A stretch of 32,000 nt of DNA, taken from Candidatus Iainarchaeum sp. Its GTDB lineage: Archaea; Iainarchaeota; Iainarchaeia; Iainarchaeales; JAZDEL01. Position numbers and translations under genes: made by a program. Shown one piece after another: positions 1 to 7,561 of the stretch. The DNA lies in contig JAZDEL010000004.1 in assembly GCA_043808785.1 (NCBI GenBank), forward strand, positions 168,739-200,738, written 5' to 3'. The first letter of the stretch is position 1. Each line of letters starts with the position of its first letter. Under the pieces are notes generated by a model that made no database searches, was not told the origin of the DNA, and worked only from the letters and a program-made list of their open reading frames with translations.

Positions 1-55
1 CCACAGAACGGTTGCGGGGAAAAAGTATTTATACAACAAGCCCAGTCATAAGTAC

Positions 56-406
56 ATGGCGGGCGCGGAACGGGTAACCGGCAGGCACAGGCACCTTGCG
101 GGGCTTGTCTTCGTAATCCTGATGCTTTACTTCATGGTTTCCGCGCCGCAGGAACGGGCGGGCCAAAACATCGGCGGCACGGATGCGGGGAATTCCGGCG
201 GGGGGGTGCGGGCGGAGAATTACTGCACTCCCGAATCAAGAAACGCGGAAGTGTGCATGTCCCTCTACAAGCCGGTGTGCGGGTGGTTCGATGCGGAAAA
301 AATCCGGTGCTTCAGGTACCCGTGCGCCGCAAATTACCCGAACAGCTGCGTTGCGTGCACCGATGAAAAGGTCGCTTACTGGACCGAGGGGGAGTGCCCG
401 AAATAG
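56..406 (+). CDS. small secreted cysteine-rich protein with Kazal-like module
   Basis: 116-aa ORF. Hydrophobic N-terminal segment LAGLVFVILMLYFMVSA. The C-terminal 8-Cys module has Kazal-type spacing: C-x7-C (CMSLYKPVC), Y-x3-C (YPNSC), C-x2-C (CVAC), C-x12-C. TATA-like TATTTATA at 26-33, about 25 nt before the ATG. Confidence 0.6.
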   Translation: MAGAERVTGRHRHLAGLVFVILMLYFMVSAPQERAGQNIGGTDAGNSGGGVRAENYCTPESRNAEVCMSLYKPVCGWFDAEKIRCFRYPCAANYPNSCVACTDEKVAYWTEGECPK

Positions 407-505
407 GGCGCAGGCATGCGCAAAACAGGCGGAACTTTTCGCCTTTGCCGCGGGAAAGCCGAACCAGTTAAATATAAATAGTGGTTTTTACCTTAAAGTG
501 TGGAC

Positions 506-1738
506 ATGAAAGGCAAAATTACGCCGTTGGGATTTGCAATTGCCGTTGTGCTCCTCTTCGGCTGCACAATGCAGGTCCAATCCCCCGAGGAACTGATAAA
601 TGCCAACGGAACCGCGCAGGCATTCATGGCTGCGCACCCTAACGCGCAGGTGAGTTACACTTACATAAGCATGGCGGCATTCGGCAATGTAAGTGCGCAG
701 ATTGCCTCCGACTGCAAAGGGGTTGTTGCCCCGGGGGAATTTTACAAGGCGGACATTTACGACATGGCGACAGGGCAGAGGCTCGTGATGTGGCTTGACT
801 GGGAAAAGAGGGCGATGCACTGCCTTACTGAGAAACGGGACAAGGGCATAACGCCCTCGGCGAAGTGCGAACCCGGCTGGAAGTGCATTGACGGCACGCA
901 CCGCGCATACAGGAACGAGGACTGCTCATGGAAATACGAAACGTTCTGTGAGTTCGGGTGCGATAAGGGAGACTGTGCAAAAGACACGTGCGCAAAGGTT
1001 ACGTGTGCGGATTACTGTGTAGGGAAGACTCTTTTCAGCAACGGGAAGTGCGCGGAAGGGGCGTGCACATATGAACGTACGGAGTGCGAAGGCATATGCG
1101 AGGGTGCGCAGTGCACGGAGGATAAATGCATAGGGGTCAGTTGCGATGACAAGTGCGACGGAAGCGTGAGAAAATACGGCGGCGAGTGCGCAAGCAGGGT
1201 TTGCTCATATTCCGATGAGAAGTGCGAGCTCGGCTGCTACATGGGGCGGTGCCTGCAGAAGGGCACAATGTTTGTGACATCGCAGGAATGGAACGGCAAT
1301 CTCGGCGGGATAAGCGGCGCGGATGCGAAGTGCCAGGCCGCGGCATCGGCGGCAAAGCTCCAGGGAAAATGGAGGGCGCTGGTAAGCGACAAGGACCACT
1401 CGGCAAAAAGCTGGCTGCCGGACAGTGCCTACACAAAACTTGACGGAACCATGGTTGCAAAGAACAGGGCTGACCTGCTTGACGGCACAATCCTCAGCCC
1501 GATAAACATTGACGAATTCGGCAAGGCTGCATCTGGCTTCAGGGTGTGGACAGGCACCTCGATAACAGGCACCCCATATGACGGGCCGCTGAGCGGTTAC
1601 TGCGATAATTGGGTAAGCTGGAATGTCAACAAGGTCGGCGGAGTTGGAAATAAAAACAGCACCGACAGCGGCTGGATAAATTACGGCGCCGAACTATGCG
1701 AAAGGACCGGAAACCTGTACTGTATGCTTTTTTCTTAG
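506..1738 (+). CDS. secreted/lipobox-type Cys-rich repeat protein with C-terminal endostatin/DUF1554-like domain
   Basis: ATG at 506 (the track ORF starts at GTG 500). Signal-like ITPLGFAIAVVLLFGC with a lipobox-like Cys. Three roughly 40-aa repeats of pattern C..v.C.d.C.G......G.C..g.C.y....CE.GC..G.C. C-terminal MFVTSQEWNGNLGGISGADAKCQ...WRALVS...VWTGT...YCDNW...LYC. TATA TTAAATATAAATA at 468-480. Confidence 0.7.
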   Translation: MKGKITPLGFAIAVVLLFGCTMQVQSPEELINANGTAQAFMAAHPNAQVSYTYISMAAFGNVSAQIASDCKGVVAPGEFYKADIYDMATGQRLVMWLDWEKRAMHCLTEKRDKGITPSAKCEPGWKCIDGTHRAYRNEDCSWKYETFCEFGCDKGDCAKDTCAKVTCADYCVGKTLFSNGKCAEGACTYERTECEGICEGAQCTEDKCIGVSCDDKCDGSVRKYGGECASRVCSYSDEKCELGCYMGRCLQKGTMFVTSQEWNGNLGGISGADAKCQAAASAAKLQGKWRALVSDKDHSAKSWLPDSAYTKLDGTMVAKNRADLLDGTILSPINIDEFGKAASGFRVWTGTSITGTPYDGPLSGYCDNWVSWNVNKVGGVGNKNSTDSGWINYGAELCERTGNLYCMLFS

Positions 1739-1850
1739 GTCGCCCCTTGGGACGGCGGGCACAATTTGGTTTCCCAAACTAAAAGCACGCGGCAGGTTTG
1801 GTTTTCCCGCAGGGCAGGGTTTATATATAACCTTGCGGTTTAGATTAGGC

Positions 1851-4091
1851 ATGAGGCAGTGGAGAGGCGCAAGCCTGATCCTTATTTTTGCGCTTATATG
1901 CGGCTACGTGTCAGCATCCGTGAGCATGGGCACTGGCCCGAATTCCATGTACAACCCCGCTGCGCAGCAGGGTTCGGCAGGTTCGGGGCAGCAGGGCACA
2001 TACACAAACCAACAGGGGCAGGGTTACGCGCCGATGCAGGGCCAGATACCGGCCGGAATCGGGCTCGTGCAGTCCGGGTTTAACTCGGGCATGTTTGATG
2101 CAAGCTTTGCCGACACCGAGCACCAAGCTCAGGTGATGGTGGTTGAAAGTGCGGCAACCGCGCTCAATTGGATCGGGCTCAACAGCACAAGGTTTGCGGA
2201 AGGCTGCAGGAAGGACAAGCCTGCGCTTATTTCTGAAATTTCAGGCATAGTGGCACAGGAGAACTCCTGCGAAGCGGTTGAGCGCGAGGCAAATGCCTGC
2301 GACCCGAAAAAGTTCTGCCCGGGGCAGCAATCAGGGCATGCCCTGCCGGTGGAGATGAAAATAGCGCTTAATGCTGCCGGCTATGACACAAAAACAATCG
2401 GCATTAACGACATAACTCTGGACATGTTGACAAACGCGTGCAAGGCGCAGTGGCGGTCGAGAAATGATTCTCAAAAGCAGATGCTTGAGAAGCTCGAGCA
2501 GAGCATTGCACAGCAGATACCGCGGCTAAGGGAGCAGTGCAAACAGAGGGCGCAGGGAATGACGAACGTAATCGTAAGGCTGCCAGATGTCTACGTAAAT
2601 CCGGTGGCGATTGCAAATGTGAACCAGCAGATGGGAATGTTGCCCATGATGCAGCGCACCGGCATTGATACGGGGCAGGGCGGGGGCGCCGGCTGCACAT
2701 CGGAAACAATGCCGAGATGCCAGCAGAACGAGCATCCCGAGTGCTGGGGAAATGTTTGGAACTGCGTTGCGCCGTCGCAAAGCCAGGGGGGCGGGGGAAT
2801 GATACAGTGCCCGCAGCAGGGCCCCGACTGCGGCCCGAGTGCGCCGCCTTACTGCGAGAACGGAATATGGAAATGCCCGCAGGTGCAGGAGCAGCCATGG
2901 CAGCCCAATGAAGGAACCACAACAGCGGAAACAGTTACGCAGGAGCAGGCTGTGCAGCAAACCGAAACAGGCGGCGGCGCAAGCGGGGAAACCACGGAGG
3001 GCACAACTGGGGAAACAGGGAGCACAACAACTGAAACAACATCCGAAAGCGGAGGAACCGAACAGGCTGCCGCTGATGCGGGAATTGGAACCCCTGCAAC
3101 GGGGCTTAGTGTTGCGCCGGGGATTGGAATGGCAGTTTGTGGCAATGGCATATGCGAGCCTGGCAGGGGGGAAAGTTACGATAACTGCAGCAGAGACTGT
3201 ATGCAGGGTGCGGGGCAGCAGGGCACTTATGGCGGAGGGCAGCAAGGTTATGGTCCTGCGCAGGGGAGCGGGCTGGGTTCGGCGGCCCAGCAGGGCGGCA
3301 CGATTTCACCCCAGGCTGTTGCGGGAATGGTGCAGGGAGGCGGCGGCACAATGGTTGTTACTACAGGCGGGGGCGGAAACATGCTGCCAATGGGGCAGCA
3401 GGTGCAGGGAGTGGCTGTGTCGCCATATGGCCAGCCTATGGGTGGGGGGCAGGGCATGCCTGGGCCAGATCCGCAGGCGCTCTGCGAAACGACTGACGCG
3501 GAAATAATTGACATATACACGATGGCAATGAACACCGGTGAGGGAGACGGGCAGATGGCCGAAGCTATGTGCCCTGCGGAGGCAAGAAAGGCTTGGGGAA
3601 CACTAAGCATGGCTAAGTTTGAAAATGCGAGGTGTATTGCCGAGGCAGAGCTGTACTGCTTAGCAGGCAAGGAGGCTGCAGAAAAATGCAGGGCGGCAAA
3701 GCCCGACGAGTTGGCGGCTAATATCGTTAATATTATGTGCAGGCGGGTCACAGGAAGCGGCAATGCCGCGGAGAGCGCACTCGTCGGGATTGCCAGCAAG
3801 TTGGTCCAGTTAGACCCCGCAGCCGCCAACCAGTTGTGGGATACTGCGGAAAGCGCGGAGAGGGATATGAACAGCCTGGGCATACTTGACATTGTGCTTG
3901 GAAACGCCGATTATGCCGCAAAGAGTGAAAAGAGGGCTAAAAATATGGATGACATGCTGAAGAAGATGGAGGATGCCGGCTTGAACGATCCTGAAATAAC
4001 TTCCACTATAAAGAGGGAGATAGAGGCACAGACAGCCGCGAAAGAAGCGCACAGCAGCATATTCGGCATACTTGGAAGGATATTGAGGTAA
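1851..4091 (+). CDS. large secreted low-complexity (Q/G/T-rich) protein with Cys-rich modules and a helical C-terminal region
   Basis: ATG at 1851 lies 26 nt after TATA TTTATATATAA (1820-1830). Signal-like ASLILIFALICGYVSA. Repeated GQQGTY..QQG.GY.P.QG blocks. T/E/G-rich linker. CGNGICEPGRGESYDNCSRDC motif. No family recognised. Confidence 0.65.
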   Translation: MRQWRGASLILIFALICGYVSASVSMGTGPNSMYNPAAQQGSAGSGQQGTYTNQQGQGYAPMQGQIPAGIGLVQSGFNSGMFDASFADTEHQAQVMVVESAATALNWIGLNSTRFAEGCRKDKPALISEISGIVAQENSCEAVEREANACDPKKFCPGQQSGHALPVEMKIALNAAGYDTKTIGINDITLDMLTNACKAQWRSRNDSQKQMLEKLEQSIAQQIPRLREQCKQRAQGMTNVIVRLPDVYVNPVAIANVNQQMGMLPMMQRTGIDTGQGGGAGCTSETMPRCQQNEHPECWGNVWNCVAPSQSQGGGGMIQCPQQGPDCGPSAPPYCENGIWKCPQVQEQPWQPNEGTTTAETVTQEQAVQQTETGGGASGETTEGTTGETGSTTTETTSESGGTEQAAADAGIGTPATGLSVAPGIGMAVCGNGICEPGRGESYDNCSRDCMQGAGQQGTYGGGQQGYGPAQGSGLGSAAQQGGTISPQAVAGMVQGGGGTMVVTTGGGGNMLPMGQQVQGVAVSPYGQPMGGGQGMPGPDPQALCETTDAEIIDIYTMAMNTGEGDGQMAEAMCPAEARKAWGTLSMAKFENARCIAEAELYCLAGKEAAEKCRAAKPDELAANIVNIMCRRVTGSGNAAESALVGIASKLVQLDPAAANQLWDTAESAERDMNSLGILDIVLGNADYAAKSEKRAKNMDDMLKKMEDAGLNDPEITSTIKREIEAQTAAKEAHSSIFGILGRILR

Positions 4092-4150
4092 ACAAGGCAA
4101 CAGCGCGATGCGCTTACGCCTCGATTATCTTCCTGCAGCGAGCCGCGGCT

Positions 4151-4564
4151 TCAGGCTTCGATTATCTTCCTTACAGCTATCTTTCTCACGCCGACCTCGA
4201 GCGTGCCGGAAGCCCTGCCGTACGTAAGCTGGCCGCTCCTTGGAGTGAACCCGCTCTTCGTTATGGACGCGCGGACGGTGACGTCGTATTCCCCTGACTT
4301 TTTCTGTATCTTGCCGCTCATTGCGTTTATCTGGAACGCGTCCTTGGAGCGCAGTTTCTCCATGCTTGCCTTTGGCCCGCTTGAAATAAGCTCGAACTCC
4401 CTTACCGCGCCGCAGCCGTTGAGGATCATGCCATACTCTATATCTTTATCCTTTGCCAGCTTGTTCAGGCGCTCGAAAATATCGGTGCCGTCGTTGATTT
4501 TCACGACGAATGTGTTCTCTTTTGACGTAGAATCCTCCGCCCTGCCGCATACCTTTTCAGCCAT
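4151..4564 (-). CDS. PPC (DUF296) domain protein
   Basis: 137 aa from ATG 4564, with GGGTGGGTGG SD-like motif 8 nt upstream. Single-domain pattern F..ri..G.Di...L...a....i..g.i.ngcGav....l typical of the PPC/DUF296 fold. Assigned from memory of the family. Confidence 0.65.
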   Translation of the reverse strand: MAEKVCGRAEDSTSKENTFVVKINDGTDIFERLNKLAKDKDIEYGMILNGCGAVREFELISSGPKASMEKLRSKDAFQINAMSGKIQKKSGEYDVTVRASITKSGFTPRSGQLTYGRASGTLEVGVRKIAVRKIIEA

Positions 4565-4637
4565 AATAAAACCACCCACCCAAAAAAACAGGGCATTGCA
4601 GCCCCGAAATTGAAAACTTTTTACCCACCCGTTGCAT

Positions 4638-4721
4638 TTATTCGTCCATTGTGCCGCCGCAGCCGCAGCCGCACGAGGAACTTGATTTGCTTTTCTTCTT
4701 TGCTCCCTTTTTAGCAGCCAT
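4638..4721 (-). CDS. 27-aa Lys-rich peptide MAAKKGAKKKSKSSSSCGCGCGGTMDE (hypothetical)
   Basis: Below the 60-aa cutoff of the ORF track. ATG 4721 is preceded by AAGGGGTGA 7 nt upstream (same SD type as other genes here). TATA-like TTTAAATA about 55 nt upstream. Same strand as the PPC gene and 73 nt upstream of it. Confidence 0.4.
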   Translation of the reverse strand: MAAKKGAKKKSKSSSSCGCGCGGTMDE

Positions 4722-4824
4722 TAAAATTCACCCCTTAAGAGGGCGGCAGCCCCTGAAATATAACCCTCCTCAATCAGTATTTAAACATATGCGGGCAAAA
4801 ATCAGGCATCCCCCAACAATTCAA

Positions 4825-4891
4825 AATTCCGCGGTTCCGTAATTTCCAATTCCGCGGTTTCCGTGGTTCGGCAATCTCAAATTCCGTGGTT
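4825..4891. promoter_or_regulatory. array of TTCCG(C/T)GGTT direct repeats in a divergent promoter region
   Basis: AATTCCGCGGTT at 4825-4836 and 4848-4859, TTCCGTGGTT at 4859-4868, AATTCCGTGGTT at 4880-4891, plus an extra TTCCG at 4835. The array ends 4 nt before the ABC ATPase ATG. Confidence 0.45.
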
Positions 4892-4895
4892 TTTT

Positions 4896-5894
4896 ATGCC
4901 TGCGAACGCTATCGAAACCGAAAAAATATGCAAGAGTTACGGCAGCCTGAAGGCTGTCGACAACGTAACCCTCTCGGTTAAGCAGGGCAGCATTTTCGGC
5001 CTGCTCGGCCCCAATGGCGCGGGAAAGACAACGCTTATTTCGATGCTTGTGACAATGCGCAAGCCTACTTCGGGAAGCGCGAAGGTTAACGGATTCGATG
5101 TTTCATCGCAGGCGGGCATGGTCAGGAAAAGCATAGGAATTGTTTTCCAGGACCCGAGCCTTGATGATGAACTTACCGCAAGGGAGAACCTTGAGATGCA
5201 CGCCTCCCTTTACGGCGTGCCCAAAGAGAAAAGGGCGGAGAGGGCTGCGGAGGTTGTGAAAATAGTAGGGCTTGAGGGCAAGATGGATATTGTTGTGAAA
5301 AAATTCTCGGGGGGGATGAAGAGGCGCCTCGAGATTGCCCGCGGATTGATTCACCACCCGAAAGTGCTTTTTTTGGACGAACCAACCCTCGGCTTGGACC
5401 CGCAGACAAGGGCGGGGATATGGAAATATATAAAAGAAATAAATAAGGCCGAGGGAATCACGATAATTCTCACAACGCATTACATGGATGAGGCGGACGG
5501 GGTGTGCGGCAGGATTGCGATAATCGACAACGGAAAAATAATGGCAATGGACACTCCGGCAAACCTTAAGAACGCGCTCGGCGGCGACATAATTTCGGTT
5601 AAGTGCGGCGGGGGGGAAGAATGCGCCGAAAAACTTCGCGCAGTTAAGTGGGCAAAAAAGGTTACGGCGCACGACGGGTTCATGGATGTTACAGTGGAAA
5701 AGGGTGAGGAGAAAATTCCCGAACTTATGCGCCTCGCGGAAAAAAGCGGGACAAAGGTCGGGTCAGTCAGCCTGAGGAAACCGTCCCTTGACGACGTGTT
5801 CCTGCATTACACGGACAGGACAATAAGGGAGGAAGAGGCGAAGCCCATCGAGGGGATGAGGATGAGGGGCAGGGCATGGGGGAGGGGGGGATAA
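4896..5894 (+). CDS. ABC transporter ATP-binding protein (ABC-2/DrrA-like)
   Basis: Walker A GPNGAGKTT, Q-loop, signature SGGMKRRL, Walker B LFLDEPTLGLD, H-loop TTHYM. ATG 4896 preferred over GTG 4863. Confidence 0.9.
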   Translation: MPANAIETEKICKSYGSLKAVDNVTLSVKQGSIFGLLGPNGAGKTTLISMLVTMRKPTSGSAKVNGFDVSSQAGMVRKSIGIVFQDPSLDDELTARENLEMHASLYGVPKEKRAERAAEVVKIVGLEGKMDIVVKKFSGGMKRRLEIARGLIHHPKVLFLDEPTLGLDPQTRAGIWKYIKEINKAEGITIILTTHYMDEADGVCGRIAIIDNGKIMAMDTPANLKNALGGDIISVKCGGGEECAEKLRAVKWAKKVTAHDGFMDVTVEKGEEKIPELMRLAEKSGTKVGSVSLRKPSLDDVFLHYTDRTIREEEAKPIEGMRMRGRAWGRGG

Positions 5895-6649
5895 TGCTTA
5901 GCAACGAACTTGAAGGCATTTATACCCTCTGGAAAAGGGAGATGATAAGGTTCTTCCGCTCCAAGAGCAGGGTCATAGGCAGTTTGGGGATGCCCTTCTT
6001 TTTCCTTGCGATTCTCGGATTGGGCGCGGGCAGCGCGTTCAGCATGCCTGGCGGGAATTACCTGCAGTTCATCGCCCCCGGCATAATAGGGATGGTGCTG
6101 ATGTTCGGCTCGATGTTCTCGGGAATAATCGTGCTTGTCGACAGGCAGTTCGGCTTCCTCAAGGAAACGCTTGTTGCGCCGATAAGCAGGCTCTCCATAA
6201 TAATCGGCAAGGTGCTCGGGGGGGCGACAACCGCGATGCTGCAGGGCGTGCTCATAATGGCTGTCGCAATTCTCCTCGGCGCGCAGATGCAGCTCGCAAA
6301 CATACTGCTCCTGCTCGTGTTCATGTTCCTTATTTCAACAATGTTCGTTTCCCTCGGGATTGCGATTGCCTCCATCCTTGAGGACATGCACGGTTTTCAG
6401 TTAATAATGAATTTCATAATAATGCCGCTGTTCTTCCTCAGCGGTGCGCTGTTCCCGCTTTCCTCCGCCCCCGCGCCTATTGCAATAGCCTCGATGCTCG
6501 ACCCCCTTACTTACGGCGTGAACGGGCTGAGGTTTATACTTCTCGGGCACTCCGACATAAATTTCTTCTTTTGCACCGCGGTTGTGCTCGGGTTCACCGC
6601 TGTTTTCATGGCAGCGGCGATTTTCCTTTTCGGCAGGATTGAGGAGTAA
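5894..6649 (+). CDS. ABC-2 type transporter permease
   Basis: About 6 predicted TM segments. Start ATG overlaps the ATPase stop (TAATG). Typical ABC-2 length and pairing with a DrrA-like ATPase. Confidence 0.85.
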   Translation: MLSNELEGIYTLWKREMIRFFRSKSRVIGSLGMPFFFLAILGLGAGSAFSMPGGNYLQFIAPGIIGMVLMFGSMFSGIIVLVDRQFGFLKETLVAPISRLSIIIGKVLGGATTAMLQGVLIMAVAILLGAQMQLANILLLLVFMFLISTMFVSLGIAIASILEDMHGFQLIMNFIIMPLFFLSGALFPLSSAPAPIAIASMLDPLTYGVNGLRFILLGHSDINFFFCTAVVLGFTAVFMAAAIFLFGRIEE

Positions 6650-7162
6650 TTAAGGGAGCGGCTTTTTGCGAGGGAGCGGCCGCGGCTTTATGGCCGATTT
6701 GCTTTCGGGCTTTGCCGGCCTGCCATAGATCAGCGGCGGATAAGGTTCGGCGCTTGCCAGCCTCCTGCCAAACCACCCCCCCAACGAAGACAGGGCGCCG
6801 TCAAAAATTCTTTTATAGCAAAACGCGGCTGCTCCGCCAAAAGAAACAACCTTTACTTTATCATTTTTGCCTAATTTTGCCGAAATAGCCCTCACGGCTT
6901 TCTTAAAACTTTTTTTATACGGCGGGAAAGAGCTTACTATGGGGCGGTTTTTATAACCGTGCCTAATCAAAAAAAATCTTTCGGGAGGAATACTGGTCAG
7001 CGAAGATAATGCACATAACTCCTTTTCAGAAAATGCAAAATAATCAAACACGAAAAGAAAAGTATTGGGCTCCTTTTTAAAACTCTCTTTTATGAACTCG
7101 GCAAGCTGTTCCATCTTTTGCGTTGGCAGCCGGTGAAGATGAATTCCGATAAGCAACTGCAT
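6650..7162 (-). CDS. hypothetical protein (low-GC orphan, P/K-rich C-terminus)
   Basis: 170-aa ORF. Visibly AT-richer than its neighbours. Abuts the permease stop with zero spacing. No recognisable motifs. The start is uncertain (alternative Met at 7114). Confidence 0.45.
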   Translation of the reverse strand: MQLLIGIHLHRLPTQKMEQLAEFIKESFKKEPNTFLFVFDYFAFSEKELCALSSLTSIPPERFFLIRHGYKNRPIVSSFPPYKKSFKKAVRAISAKLGKNDKVKVVSFGGAAAFCYKRIFDGALSSLGGWFGRRLASAEPYPPLIYGRPAKPESKSAIKPRPLPRKKPLP

Positions 7163-7303
7163 GAAACAATAAGGCGCACGGTAAATTTAAGCATTTCCGT
7201 TTCGGGCAGGCTTTCGGCTTTTTCCGCCAACCAAACTTTTCAGGGAACCCTGCACAGGCTTCCGCGGGCGCAATAAAAACCTTTTGCCTGCACATTTTAT
7301 CGT

Positions 7304-7377
7304 GCCCCCGTAGTATAGCCTGGACAGTACTCGGGCCTCCGGAGCCCGTGACCGGGGTTCAAATCCCCGCGGGGGCG
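7304..7377 (+). tRNA. tRNA-Arg (anticodon CCG)
   Basis: Cloverleaf read by hand. Acceptor GCCCCCG/CGGGGGC, D stem GTAT/GTAC, anticodon stem CGGGC/GCCCG with loop CTCCGGA, T arm CGGGG-TTCAAAT-CCCCG, discriminator G. No encoded CCA. Confidence 0.9.
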
Positions 7378-7470
7378 CTTCGGAAAAAACAAAACAAAAA
7401 ACGAACCGACGGTTCGCCGGGTTTTTGGGTTTTGGTTTTTCGGGTTTTGTTTTTCGGATTTATTTTTGGT
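7378..7470 (+). terminator. post-tRNA palindrome with A-tract/T-tract arms and T runs
   Basis: Perfect CGAACCG-A-CGGTTCG (7402-7416). Flanked on the left by GGAAAAAACAAAACAAAAAA and on the right by G/T-tract sequence with several T5-T7 runs (archaeal terminator type). Confidence 0.5.
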
Positions 7471-7561
7471 TTTGCCGCTTGTTTTTTTGCCTTAGCCCTT
7501 TGCCTAACAAAAAAACGGCATATTTAAATACGGCTGGGCAATAGTATTGCAGGCGTTTTAC

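Noticed and set aside
4651-4842. 63-aa + strand ORF in the PPC/ABC intergenic region.
   Set aside because: It is the antisense shadow of the SD-supported 27-aa peptide ORF and runs through the promoter and repeat array. It has no start context.
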